Source of the DNA: Octopus sinensis
Taxonomy: Eukaryota
DNA: 64,000 nt
NCBI RefSeq assembly: GCF_006345805.1
Contig: NC_043002.1
Location: 109,864,001-109,928,000 of the forward strand
Reading direction: 5' to 3'
Under the pieces are notes generated by a model, which was given only the letters and a program-made list of their open reading frames with translations, had not been told where the DNA came from and searched no databases. The translations under genes were made by a program, and so were the position numbers. Numbering within the stretch: the first letter of the stretch is position 1; each line of letters starts with the position of its first letter. This document shows, piece by piece, positions 26,720 to 40,405 of the stretch.

Positions 26720-27590
26720 TTTTTTTTATTAACCGCAAACTTAAAATAAAGTTCTTTATGAAGTTAATTCGTTTTCATATATTGTCCGGAAGATGTTTGC
26801 AGAGGAAATAAACACACGAGAGAAAAGTGCTCTCTATCTCTCTTTTTACGATTTACAGGATCATGCTCAAAGTGGTTTCGTCGCTCGCACGCACCATCTT
26901 TGCTACATTCACCTACCTTTTATTGAAATTTTCACGATACAAAATCTGCCTCCCCATTCTCACCTTCCTTTTCAAGTGGTGCTTGAAAAAGTTGATGAGC
27001 GATTGGCCAGAGAGCAAAGTGTTTGTCTCTAAACCTTTCGCTCGAGTCCACCACACACATTCTTTCACCATGGCCACCAGTACGATGAAAACTGCCTTGC
27101 CTTCCCGGTTGAGTGAAGGTGGCGGAGCAATATTCACGATAGACTCGGCCGACAGGCGGACTCGTCCCACACGTGACAACAGCCGTCCGGCATAAGCCCA
27201 CAGGTCCGAAATGATTGAACACTGCACGAGTGCAGAACGGTTTCGTCGTTCTGACTGCATCTCGGGAAAGAAGGTCCGGTGTGTCTCGAACCGTACCTGT
27301 AGAGCTTATCCCGAACAGGTTATGTTTCTCGATAGCACTGCCAGGCCAGGGATCTTTGGTGATTGTCCATAGGTCCCGGCCCGAAAGTTGTCCTGAACAG
27401 GCGGGTCACGTGTTCCATCATCAACCACGGCATGCCTAGCCCTCCATTTAGCGGGTGTTGACTGCAAATGGATCGCCTAACCATCGGAACGCTTCCTTTC
27501 CACAGGAAGCGGAAGAGTACGCGTTCCAGTTTGGTGATGGTAGGGTCGGGACAAGGCACGACGGTCAGACGGTAATAGATGACGGATGCC
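26720..27590 (-). mobile_element. L1/Tx1-like non-LTR retrotransposon 3' end
   Basis: YRLTVVPCP...LFRFLWKG...HPLNGGLGMPWL, then ALVQC...LW (zf-RVT-like); ends in AATAAAAAAAA at 26720-26730. Confidence 0.75.
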
Positions 27591-27692
27591 ACACACACGC
27601 ACACACGCACACACACACATACACACACATACACACACACGCACACATACGGCAAATAAGAAAATGGAGATGATACACAAACAACGTACATT

Positions 27693-28076
27693 GTGGAGGC
27701 GCAATGGCCCAGTGGTTAGGGCAGCGGACTCGCGGTCATAGGATCGCGGTTTCGATTCCCAGACCGGGCGTTGTGAGTGTTTATTGAGCGAAAACACCTA
27801 AAGCTCCACGAGGCTCTGACAGGGGATGGTGGTGATCCCTGCTGTACTCTTTCACCACAACTTTCTCTCACTCTTACTTCCTGTTTCTGTTGTACCTGTA
27901 TTTCAAAGGGCCGGCCTTGTCACTCTCTGTGTCACGCTGAATATCCCCGAGAACTACGTTAAGGGTACACGTGTCTGTGGAGTGCTCAGCCACTTACACG
28001 TTAATTTCACGAGCAGGCTGTTCCGTTGATTCGGATCAACCGGAACCCTCGTCGTCGTAACCGACGGAGTGCTTCC
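27693..28076 (+). mobile_element. SINE family A
   Basis: Full-length match. Confidence 0.9.
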
Positions 28077-28661
28077 TACATCAGTCGGTGGACATTCTAG
28101 TATTTCTATTTATTCCAATGTATTAGATGTATTAACCATGTATTACATACACATGTACTAATATTACAGAAGAGAGCAAAAGATCAGATTGCCAGTTGGT
28201 GCTAGTTCCTAGACTTGCCGTCATGTATTCTAAGATCCATGTTATTTCGTCCAAAGGCGGATAGGTAAATATAGTGGTTCTCAGGAGGAGTTTTTTCAAG
28301 AAGGGTGAATATATGCAATAGTTCGCATTATGTATACATAGAAATTCACATTATGTTTACATAGAAATACAGTGGAGGATTTAAATGTATGATCCGTATT
28401 ACGGAGGTGAAAGTTTATACCTAAAGTGCCAGCTAGTAGGTGTAATGTTGTGGATGGTATGGCATAAGTAGCCTATGATGGTGAACCTATCGTGGGAAAA
28501 TTTGGTATATGAGTGTACTAATGAGAGTAAAGAACCACGTGGGACTAAAGTGCGGTGTTAGTGTTCGTTACTTTTTGCTGATCAACTACTACCAGCAGTA
28601 GTATATTGGATAAGTACTATCCCTTAGTTGGTTGGTTTCCCAACCTCTAATTCACACAGAA

Positions 28662-28763
<102 letters not shown>

Positions 28764-29730
28764 ATATATATATTTATATATATATATTTATATCTATATA
28801 TATATATATACAAGACAGAAATGTCAGACAGGCAGGTCAGTTATTCTCTCCAATTTTTGTAAATTCTTAAATATATCTCGTTCTGTATATATATATATAT
28901 AATACTACATATATAGGTATATAGATATATATATATATATATAGATATATATTATATTATATATTATATATATATATATCATATATATATATATAATATA
29001 TATATCTACCAAACAAACATGATTTCTATTGAACTCAAATTGCTTATTGTAGTCTCGAATACTTTCTTGTAAACTGTTTTTAACATCTTCTTATCGTTAT
29101 CGAAGACTGTATATCTGTATTTTAAAATATTTTTGTGATAACCATTTTTTAACACAACAAAGCTTATACAAAGCTTTACACTTTACTTTTGATAATCTTT
29201 TTTCTAAAAAAAGTGAAACCGGTCAAGTCAATAAACATCTCTAAAAGACTTTTGCATTTTCAAACCTTCTTTCATATATATTTTCACTAATGCGGTACCT
29301 TACAGCTTTACCCACCCGCATGAAAGTAAAACCTTGAACAAAGCTGAAATAAGAATGTCTACCTTGGGTGTATGTTCTACTACTGAACCAATTAAATGCT
29401 CATAAGCGCTACGTCAAAGAATATTAAAACACTTATCCAGCAGAAACACGTGTCGGGTTGGAATTTAATGAGAATAATAATATTGTAATAAACAAATTTT
29501 GAAGATATATATAATTCTCCATTCTTCTCAACGAAGTCTTGCTTATATATATATATGAAACACGCCTGCATAAAGATATGCCTAAGGTATGTTATAGCAT
29601 ATCAAAATAAGCGCAAAAGAACTTTCAGGAAGCTATTTACGTAATCTAGCTATGCGTAAGTGCATATATATATATAATGTATATATATATATAATATAAT
29701 ATATATATGTATATATATATATATAATATA

Positions 29731-29770
<40 letters not shown>

Positions 29771-30587
29771 TATATATATATATTATTTGTATATATGTAT
29801 GTATATATATAATATATATAATGTGTGTGTACACGTACACACACACTCACACATGAATATATATATTATATATATATATATATTATATATATATATATAC
29901 ATGCATACGTACACAAATATATATGTATGTATACAAATATTATGTGTGTATATATATATATATATACATATTTACAATGTGTGCGTCTAACAGGTGAATA
30001 TTTTGTACATACGTGTAGGTGAGAGCGTATGTATGAGAGTGGGTATATATCCTTGTGTAGGTATGAGGGTTAGTAAGTATGTATTAATGTGATAAAATAA
30101 ATGGGCCAGCATATGTATGGGCCTGTGTATATATTGTGTAATTGTTTTGGGTTTTTTTCCTACAAATATACTTACGTCTAAGAATAACTGCAATGCATAT
30201 ATGGGAGTGTAGTATAAGTGTGCGTGCCTGTGTGTGTTCGTGTGTGTGAGAAAGAGCGTGTGGTTGTGGTTATATATATATATATTATATATATATATAT
30301 CGTATGTATGTGTGTATGTATATATTTATTTATATATATATAGTGACTCATTATATTTATCAGCTACATAACACCACCCTGACCTTTGACACGCCTAAAA
30401 CAAGAGCGTTTTACAATGGGGCAATATGGCCGCTGACAAATTGGCGTAAGAAAGCTGTTATGGAGTGACGGCAGTGGTGGTGGTGGTAAGGAACAGTGGC
30501 GGCTCCTACACACCTCTACTCCTTCAAATCTTTTATCTACACTTCCTCTTCCTCTACGACTAATCTTCTTCTTCTTCTTCGTCTTCT

Positions 30588-30620
<33 letters not shown>

Positions 30621-30832
30621 TTTATCATCTCATTCTGCTTCGCTATTCTCTTTACTCGGCCTTTTATCTTCTCTTCCTTTCATTATATATATACGTGTGT
30701 GTGCACGCACACACACGTACATTTTCTTTCTCTTTCCTTCTCACTATCTCAATATATATATGTGTCTGTGTTTATGTGTGTGTGTGTGTGTGTGTGCGTG
30801 TGTGTATACATTGACGCGCATATATACGTACC

Positions 30833-30887
<55 letters not shown>

Positions 30888-30952
30888 AGAGGGAGAGAGA
30901 AGAGTAAAAGTGGGAGGAAAGACATTACTAGGTGCGTGTGCGTGTGTGTGTA

Positions 30953-30990
<38 letters not shown>

Positions 30991-31028
30991 CTTTTACTCT
31001 TCTCTCTCCCTCTTTCTTTCTCTCTCTG

Positions 31029-31062
<34 letters not shown>

Positions 31063-32042
31063 TAGGTACGTATATATACATATATATATGTACATACGTA
31101 CACACACACACACACACACATACGCACATAGCAATGTCTTTCCTCCCACTTTTACTCTTCTCTTGTCTGTCTACCTTCTACCTTCGTGATACCCTTCCCC
31201 TATACCCCTTCCTCATTATATCTCTCCTCTCCTCACTACACCTCCCACTACCTCCACCTTACTTGCCTCCGCCCTTTTTTCTAAAAACACTCACCGACCC
31301 CCCACCCCCATCGCTCCCCCACTACTGCTACTACTTCAATCAATATTTATCGTAACCACATCGCCGCCGCCACCAACACCACCGCTTACAAACCCTCCAC
31401 CACCACAAAAGACAACACCATCGCTACGACCACGACCATCACCAACTAAACCACTATTACTATCAGTTTCTAACATCACCATACCTCTACCACCACCACC
31501 ACCATCAACCCCATCACCACTTCCACCCCTACCACCACCACTACCACCACCGCCACCACCACTACCATGCATTCATGGCCGAATTGTTAAGCATTCACCT
31601 CACAATCACAAGGTTTCGGGTTCGTTCCAAATGCGAAGCATCTTGGGTCATTGTCTTTCATCATAACCTTTGGAAAATGCGTGAATGGAACTGCGCAGAA
31701 GCCTGTTGGGTGGGTTTTATCTATATACATACATACATACATACATACATACATACATACATACATACATACAGACGCACACACAATGTGTATATATGCA
31801 TGTATAATATATATAATATATATATACTGTATATATATATATTATATATATATAATATATATATGTAAGTATTATATATGTATATATGTTTATATATATA
31901 TATATATATATATACTGTATACATATATATATATATAATATATATATACATACATATATACATGGGTTATATACATACAGACACACCCACACAGTGTGTA
32001 TATATGCATGTATATATATGATATATATATACTGCATATATA

Positions 32043-32109
<67 letters not shown>

Positions 32110-32371
32110 ATATATATATATATATATATAATATATATTACAGACATATATACATGGATTATATACATACAGACACACACACAGAATGTGTATATATGCT
32201 ATATATATATGTATACTGTATATATATGTATATATATATATACATACATACATACACATTATATGTATATATATCTGTGTGTGTGAGTGTGTATACACAA
32301 TATGTATTTTAAAATGAATTGGAAAGGTTTTCTTGATAATTTTTCAATAATTAGATGTTTATATATCATTA

Positions 32372-32687
32372 GGGATTTACAAATCGTGATTCTATTTCGA
32401 GTTTCTCGCTTAAAAGCCGGTTTCAAAGCGTTCTTTTATTGAGATCAGTATTCTTTTAATACAATCTTTGTTTCTGTCTGTGTGTTGGTTAGGTTTTTAG
32501 GGGTTGTTTGTGTGTATTCTATGTCTGTGTTCTTGTGTGTGTGCGTGTAGCTTTGTAGCAACCTCTAAAATGTGTACCAAAACTCATCCAGAAACTGAAA
32601 ATGCATCAAAAGAACTCTGAGATTCGAAGCAGTGTGAAAACGCTTTTAAGCGAGCAACTCAAAATAGAATGGCGATTCGTAACCACC
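32372..32687. mobile_element. MITE with about 55-bp imperfect TIRs
   Basis: ATTCTATTTCGAGTTTCTCGCTTAAAAG is inverted against CTTTTAAGCGAGCAACTCAAAATAGAAT. Confidence 0.6.
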
Positions 32688-32802
32688 GAATGATTTACAA
32701 ACAACTAATTATCGAAGTGGAAAAATTATCAGAAAAGCCTCACCTATTCATTTTTCATATGTATGATATTGTACGAAGTACATTCTATTTCTGATTCTAT
32801 TA

Positions 32803-33036
32803 AGGGCGGCGAGCTGGCAGAATCGTTAGCACGCCAGGCGAAATGCTTAGCAGTATTTCGTCTGCAGTTACGTTCTGAGTTCAAATTCCGCCGAGGTCGA
32901 CTTTGCCTTTCATCCTTTCGGGGTTGAGTAAATATGTACCAATTACGCACTGAGGTCGATGTAATCGACTTAATCCCTTTGTCTGTCCTTGTTTGTCTCC
33001 TCTGTATTTAGCCCCCTGTGTGCAATAAGGAACTAT
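32803..33036 (+). mobile_element. SINE family B
   Basis: Full-length match. Confidence 0.85.
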
Positions 33037-33046
33037 ATTCTAATTC

Positions 33047-33099
<53 letters not shown>

Positions 33100-33131
33100 A
33101 GCAAGAAAAAAGCAACAAAAATGGATCACTA

Positions 33132-33193
33132 TTCGGTACAATTGTTTCGTACGAAGACACCTTTATACACGTGGCCCGTACTCATCAGCCGAA
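33132..33193 (-). ncRNA. minimal type I hammerhead ribozyme
   Basis: TTCGG-CTGATGA-GTACG...CGTAC-GAA-ACAATTGT-A-CCGAA; triplet GUA. Confidence 0.85.
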
Positions 33194-33380
33194 AAAACAT
33201 CTGAGTTCTCAAAACATCAGATTTTTATAGAACTATCCCGAATGTCTCATGAGTGTAGCCTCACCCCCTTAGATGTTTTGAGAACTCAGACTTGGATGCA
33301 CCAGGAATATATATGGTATTAACCATAAGATAATGCGGGGTGATTATAAGCAAGAAAAAAGCAACAAAAATGGATCACTA

Positions 33381-33469
33381 TTTCGGTACAATTGTTTCGT
33401 ACGAATACACCTTTATTTAGGCTGCAAATATTGCAGCAAATACACGTGGCCCGTACTCATCAGCCGAAA
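33381..33469 (-). ncRNA. minimal type I hammerhead ribozyme
   Basis: TTTCGG-CTGATGA-GTACG...(extra GCTGCAA/TTGCAGC hairpin)...CGTAC-GAA-ACAATTGT-A-CCGAAA. Confidence 0.85.
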
Positions 33470-33570
33470 AAACATCTGAATTCTCAAAACATCAGATTTT
33501 TATAGAACTATCCCGAATGTTTCATGAGTGTAGCCTCACCCCCTTAGATGTTTTGAGAACTCAGATGTTT

Positions 33571-33659
33571 TTTCGGCTGATGAGTACGGGTCACGTGTAT
33601 TTGCTGCAATATTTGCAGCCTTAATAAAGGTGTCTTCGTACGAAACAATTGTACCGAAA
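33571..33659 (+). ncRNA. minimal type I hammerhead ribozyme
   Basis: TTTCGG-CTGATGA(33577)-GTACG...CGTAC-GAAA(33642)-CAATTG-TA-CCGAAA. Confidence 0.85.
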
Positions 33660-34220
33660 TATTGATCCATTTTTGTTGCTTTTTTCTTGCTTATAATCAC
33701 CCCGCATTATCTTATGGTTAATACCATATAGATTCCTGGTGCATCCAAGTTAAGTACCTCATTCATGTGAATTCAACAGAACTCACTTGAATCTTAATTA
33801 CTTTTACTGTATATATATATATATATATATATATAATCAAAGTAAGCAACAGAAGTTATGAAGTTATGCAGTACGTCCGTTTCAGCGGCTTCATTTACTT
33901 CAACAATGCAATCATTACATCAATTTAAATGCAGTGCCATCATCAGCTGCACAAGTAAATAAAAAGAATTTTAACTAGTTGGATGCATTAATATCATTTT
34001 TCCCAAACACTTTAACAGACCAAGAAGATTTTATTCACCTTACTTGGAGCAGTGCGGATAATACCGGATTGACTTGGTGCTCTAACTTAAGTACCTAATT
34101 CAACTGAATTATATATATATATATGTATATATACATGTATGTATATATGTATGTATATATATATATTCACATATGTATATGTATACACACACACACACAC
34201 ACACACATACACACACATAT

Positions 34221-34617
34221 ATACTCTTTTACGCTTTTACTTGCTTCAGTCATTTGACTGCGGCCATGCTGGAGCACCGCCTTTAGTCGTGCGAATCGAC
34301 CCCAGGACTTATTCTTTGTAAGCCCAGTACTTATTCTATCTGTTTCTTTTGCTGAACCGCTAAGTTACGGGGACGTAAACACACCAGCATCGGTTGTCAA
34401 GCCATGTTGGGGGGGACAAACTCAGACACACAAACATATACACACACATACATAAACATATATACGACAGGCTTCTTTCAGTTTCCGTCTACCAAATCCA
34501 CTCACAAGGCTTTGGTCGGCCCGAGGCTATAGTAGAAGACACATGCCTAAGGTGCCACGCAGTGGGAATGAACCCTGAACCACGTGGTTGGTAAGCAAGC
34601 TACTTACCACACAGCCA

Positions 34618-34619
<2 letters not shown>
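34221..34619 (-). mobile_element. SINE family C
   Basis: Full-length match. Confidence 0.85.
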
Positions 34620-34658
<39 letters not shown>

Positions 34659-34809
34659 ATAAATATAAGAGAGTGGTCACTATATGGCTTCACTCTAGCA
34701 CCAGTTAATCCAAAAGGTTTCAACCACAAAAAACATGTTTCCATGAAAGTCGTACGATTGTTAGCTCACACGGACAGGGCAAATAAAAAAATAACAAAAA
34801 TACAGATTA

Positions 34810-34891
34810 TTTTGGGACAATTGTTTCGATATTAATGAATTAAATGTAATTTTACTTACAAAAAAATCCACTTGTAGCTCGTCAGCCAAAA
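34810..34891 (-). ncRNA. hammerhead ribozyme, stem II point mutation
   Basis: TTTTGG-CTGACGA-GCTA...TATC-GAA-ACAATTGT-C-CCAAAA. Confidence 0.65.
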
Positions 34892-35064
34892 CTATCTGGA
34901 TGAAATCCACTCAATCACACGCCAGATTTTACCATAACGATAATACGCGTGTGGTTCAATTGATTACATCCGAATTATAACGTCGGATGTAATCAATTGA
35001 ACCACACGCGTATTTATCGTTATGGTAAAATCTGGCGTGTGATTGAGTGGATTTCATCCAGATA

Positions 35065-35145
35065 TTTTGGCTGACGAGCTACAAGTGGATTTTTTTGTAA
35101 GTAAAATACATTTAATTCATTAATAGCGAAACAATTGTCCCAAAA
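35065..35145 (+). ncRNA. minimal type I hammerhead ribozyme
   Basis: TTTTGG-CTGACGA-GCTA...TAGC-GAA-ACAATTGT-C-CCAAAA; canonical GUC triplet. Confidence 0.88.
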
Positions 35146-35598
35146 TAATCTGTATTTTGTTATTTTTATTTGCCCTGTCCGTGTGAGCTAACAATCGTAC
35201 TGACTTTCATGGGAAACATGTATTTTTGTGGTTTGAAACCTTTTGGATTAACTGGTGCTAGAGTGAGCCATATAGTGACCACTCTCTTATATTTATTTTG
35301 TAAAAATATTGTAATATATTATAAAATATTATAATAATCCAGGTTTCTCGGAGCACATAGGCCACTTGGTGTTGAATAGATATACTATTAAATTAGTATC
35401 TAATTCTCTCACCCTTATTAATTAATTATAATTATGCTGCATTTATTTCTAAATGCTGTATTTGTTTTCCGTGAAAGTTTGGCGCGCTGTTAGTTGGGGC
35501 ATTTGAATTATAACGTCGGATGTAATCAATTGAACCACACGCGTAATTATCGTTATGGTAAAATCTGGCGTGTGATTGAGTGGATTTCATCCAGATAG

Positions 35599-35679
35599 TT
35601 TTGGCTGACGAGCTACAAGTGGATTTTTTTGTAAGTAAATTACATTTAATTCATTAATAGCGAAACAATTGTCCCCAAA
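35599..35679 (+). ncRNA. minimal type I hammerhead ribozyme (one stem I mismatch)
   Basis: TTTTGG-CTGACGA-GCTA...TAGC-GAA-ACAATTGT-C-CCCAAA. Confidence 0.8.
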
Positions 35680-35956
35680 TAATCTGTTATTTGTTATTTT
35701 TTATTTGCCCTGTCCGTGTGAGCTAACAATCGTACTGACTTTCATGGGAAACATGTATTTTGTGGTTGAAACCTTTTGGATAACTGGTGCTAGAGTGAGC
35801 ATATAGTGACCACTCTCTTATATTTATTTTGTAAAAATATTGTAATATATTATAAAATATTATAATAATCCAGGTTTCTCGGAGCACTAGGCCACTTGGT
35901 GTTGAAATAGACATATATTAAATTAATATCTAATTCTCTCACCCTTATTAATTAAT

Positions 35957-36024
<68 letters not shown>

Positions 36025-36026
<2 letters not shown>

Positions 36027-36335
36027 AGGCGCAATGACCCTAGTAGTTAGGGCAGCGGACTCGCGGTCGTAGGATCGCGGGTTTCGATTCCCAGACCGGG
36101 CGTTGTGAGTGTTTATTGAGCGAAAACACCTAAAGCTCCACGAGGCTCCGGCAGGGGATGGTGGCGATCCCTGCTGTACTCTTTCGCCACAACTTTCTCC
36201 CACTCTTTTTCTGTGGGCTGTCGCTTAGCCAGCGGGGTGGCGTCATTTGAAGGCTAAAACAATGCGAAGCGCATTGTGACCAGCGATGTGTAACAACATC
36301 TGATGGCCTGGTCGGTCACGGTGATCACGGTGATA
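36025..36335 (+). mobile_element. SINE with family A head and an alternative 3' module
   Basis: Matches family A to about 36206, then unrelated ...GCTTAGCCAGCGGGGTGGCGTC...GGTCACGGTGATCACGGTG. Confidence 0.7.
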
Positions 36336-36358
36336 TATAAATATATATATATATATAC

Positions 36359-37150
36359 CAGCGGCGTGCAGTCGCGAATACTAGTCAAGGACTGCATGTC
36401 CGTTGATTTATTTATAACTCAAAAATTTATGGATGTAATGTATTTATAACCACATTGAAAAATTGTCCAAATCATTGGAAACTAAGCTAAAATAGTTACT
36501 TTATTTGAATGGAAACCCGTCCAGATTCGATACTTCGCTGAATTCCCTTTTTTGCCTCCAAAAGGCATGCTTAAAGAAAAACGCATATGAAACTTCTGTC
36601 CTTCCCTTCTTATTTTTCAATAACTACCATTTCTCTCTTGCCTATCTGTAAAGTCAATGTCAATGCCTGCTAGATTATGACCAAAACATATCAACAATCC
36701 CATAATTCTTAATTAGTGAGCTCAAATGTTGCCGTGACTTTGGAATATCTATTTCGCTCTGTCGTAAGTTTTGAAATTATTATCATTAACCATCCTCTGT
36801 ACTCAACAAAAAAATTCTGAAATCAGAAATGTAATATAGCTTTCGTTTACTAAAATTATCTTTCCAAGTTTTCGAAACTGATTTACAATTCACGATCGCA
36901 GTAAAATGAAGAATACTGTGACAAAATGAAATTAAAACTGTTCATTGTTTTTTTTTTTTCCTTTTTCACAATTGAAATTTTGAAGTTTCGATTTTCTCCA
37001 AATTTTTTTTCAGAATTGGAATCTCCATAGCCATAAACATGGGTTTCCGTAAAGGAAAATTTTTTTAAGGTGGGGAAGTGGGTTACGTCTCCGCCATGTG
37101 CGCCAAGTATTTATTGCATGACCAACCTCAGAAGTCACCGCACGCCACTG
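36359..37150. mobile_element. non-autonomous hAT-like element
   Basis: TIR CAGCGGCGTGCAGT versus reverse complement CAGTGGCGTGCGGT; flanks ATATATAC and ATTTATAT are a possible degenerate 8-bp TSD. Confidence 0.55.
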
Positions 37151-39395
37151 ATTTATATATATATGTAAATATATATAAATATATATATATAAATATAAAT
37201 ATATATATATTATATATATACATATATACATACATACATATAATATATTGCATTGCATATTACATATACAATATAGTATAACATAATATATAGACAGATG
37301 CCTATGGGAGATGCCAGTACAATAATTCAATAAATAATGCAATACAATATACAATGTCATTATATTCATATATCATACAGCGAAAATCGAAACTTTAGTC
37401 TAAATCTGCATACATATATATACACACAGGTACCAAATACATGCCCATGTATATACATACATCCGCAAAAACATCCATTAATATATATACATATATAAAG
37501 AGATTTTATCCTTTTACATCATACAAAAGATATATGCATGTACATACATAGAGTTCACAGATTTGCCTCTTGATTTGTGTCATCTGTGTCCGCTTTGTGG
37601 CTAAGGTCAGTGGCTGTAGAAATAGTTTTGGCAATGGGGGTATGAGAATTTAGGTAGTCCTGAATGGAGAAACCAGTTCTATGTTAAATTATTTAGGTTC
37701 AGGTTTTTAAATAAATTAAAGAATTAACATTTAACTTATAAACTGATGAGGTAAGGTTGATAGAAGAAATACACAGGGGTATGTGTTAACGATCATGGAG
37801 GTTTGTATGTGAAAGTCATTCGTGGATGGGTGAATTTAAATTTGGTTTTATGGAAGTTGAAAGTGCGGAAGAATTTGTGAAATTTTAAGGGTGTACCTAG
37901 TCGTTTAGATCACCTGTGAACTAAACCCCCACACTTTGTGTATATATATATATATATATATTCTTGTAAATTTGCGTATGTAATTAGAAAATACGGGAGA
38001 GACCATATTTCAATAAAGAGTTCAGAATAAGACTGAAACTAAATTCTCAGTCTGCTTAATTGACTATCATTCATCATTTAATCTTCCATCATTCATATAT
38101 TTCTGCGTATGTGTATACGTACATGCATGTATACATACATACATACATAGAGAGATTAACCGATAGATAGATAGATAAATAGATAGGTATATTCGGTATA
38201 CACACACACACATACTCACATAATACTTACATACATATATTCATTCATTCAGTTCATTTATGTGCATATGAATGTATGTATGTATGTGTGTATGTATATA
38301 TGTATATATGTGTATGTGTGTGTGTGTGCAGACACATATATATACATACATAGAAAAATGCGTAGATACGTACATACTTACACACAGAGAGTGGGAGGAA
38401 GGAAGAAAGAAGAGGGGGATAGATTGAGATTTATGTGCGTATGTATGCATGTCTGCGTGTTCGTGTATGTATGTGTATGTGTGTTTTTATGTATCCAAAG
38501 ACACACACACATGCATTCATTTAGTCATATATCCGTGGACATACCCACATATTTGTCGCACCCAGATACTCACGCACACGTGCAGTCATATACAAACACA
38601 CACTCACACACCCAAGTCAAATCCACCCAGCCATCCGTCACCGTTCTCTTCTTACATACACCGCACCTGGCAGTAGTCTTGTTTTACAGTCCACCCGAAA
38701 GTAAATTATCAAACTATCTGTATGTAATGACTAACCCACCCGTATGTCCATTGATCTTAGTGAAAGCTGCCGGGTGGATGACGACACTGGAGGCCATCAC
38801 ACCTGTACCCGTATTTCTTTGCCGAGTAGATACAGGAAATTCTTGATGTTAGTCTCACTTTTCACCTGCTATTTCTCTAAATGGGTATACGTAAACGGGG
38901 TGCGGGGTGGGGTATATATACACACATACATACAGGGTGGAGGATATATATAGGGGCATGATGTACGGGCATATGGAACGTGAGGTGGGGTTTCTGCACA
39001 TGTGTTTGATGGGGATTATATACGGGTGGGGGTGGGGCATCGGTGTACATGCGTTGATGTGGGGTGGATGTCAGTAGGCGCATGTTTGTGGAATGGTGTG
39101 GTAGTATGCGTGTGTATGTGTGTGAGCACGTATGTGTGCGCGCGCGTGCGAATGATGGCTTGGCTTACGTTTCTGTTTAGTATGTGATCGTCAGTATAAA
39201 GTGCTATCAGTGTATGTATATGTATGTGTGTGTATATGTGTGTATATGTGTGTTTGCATGTATGTGAATGTGTGTGTGTATGTGTGTATGTAAGTGTGTA
39301 TGTGTATGTGTGCATATATGTGTATATGTGGTGTATGTGTGTATGTATATGTGTGTATGTGTGTATGTATATATGTATTTATGTATTTATATATA

Positions 39396-39426
<31 letters not shown>

Positions 39427-40063
39427 ATGTATGTGTCGCACCCATACATATATATATATATGTATATGTAAATATGTATATATATATGTACATATATACA
39501 TATATATATACACACGCATATATATATATATACTCACTTGCATACGCACGCACGTATGTACCCCCATGCGTGCGCTCACACATAGATATATGTATGTGCC
39601 TATCTATGTGCGTGTGAGTTTTAAATGAGAGGGTGTATATAGAAAAAGTGACAACCATACATACACACACACATAATAGCGATGGTAACGCTGGTATAAA
39701 TAATGCTCGTTGCGGCGGCGACGGTGGTGGTGGTGATGTGGTTGTGGTGGTGGTGGTATGGTGGTGGTGGTGGTGGTGGGGGTTGTTATGGTGCTGGTAG
39801 TAGTAGTGATGAAGTTATTGATAGCCGTAGTGGTAGTAGCACTGGTAGTGTTGAAACTGGTGTGGGTGGAGGGGGTGCTTGTTATCATCATCGTTGTATG
39901 GTTGTAGCGGTGGTGGTGGTGGTGGTTTTGGTGGTGGTGGTGGTGGTGGTGGTGGCGGCGGCAGTGATGGTGGGCGGTGTCGTTAATGCCGAGTGTGGTC
40001 ACGCTGATTTAAGCAACCTTGATGGTATATTAAATGGTGTTGATGTGGATCATGCTGCTGAGG

Positions 40064-40095
<32 letters not shown>

Positions 40096-40338
40096 GGTGG
40101 TGGTACGGTGCTCCGGTTGGTGGCGGAGGCGGCTGCGGAAATGGAGATGGTACATCACGAAGTTCGTGATGATTTGAGGGGCAGCAATAACTGTTGAACA
40201 CTAATGTCTCCTCCACCCCGATTACAATAGATACGGATGGATTACATTAGGGTCAACTTATACGACGAGGGTTGATACTAGACTAACGGCGGAACAAATT
40301 GCCTGGATTCCGATATGTCAGATATATTGACGGACAGA

Positions 40339-40405
<67 letters not shown>

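Larger units (their letters stand above)
33098..33750. mobile_element. tandem plus inverted hammerhead repeat (retrozyme- or Penelope-like)
   Basis: Two direct copies about 250 bp apart on minus, plus an inverted copy; outer inverted ends ACTTGGATGCACCAGGAAT (33290) and ATTCCTGGTGCATCCAAGT (33750). Confidence 0.8.
34656..35950. mobile_element. inverted plus tandem hammerhead repeat, 534-bp unit
   Basis: 34656-34970 is the reverse complement of about 34983-35300; second direct copy from about 35505. Confidence 0.8.

Noticed and set aside
33290-33750. Classical DNA-transposon MITE
   Set aside because: The arms contain perfect hammerheads and there is an extra tandem copy, which fits a Penelope or retrozyme structure better; no clear TSD.
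37740-37780. CTGATGAG...GAAA as a hammerhead
   Set aside because: No stem II, III or I pairing. The same applies to CTGANGA hits near 5350, 13230, 25260, 52681 and 56380.
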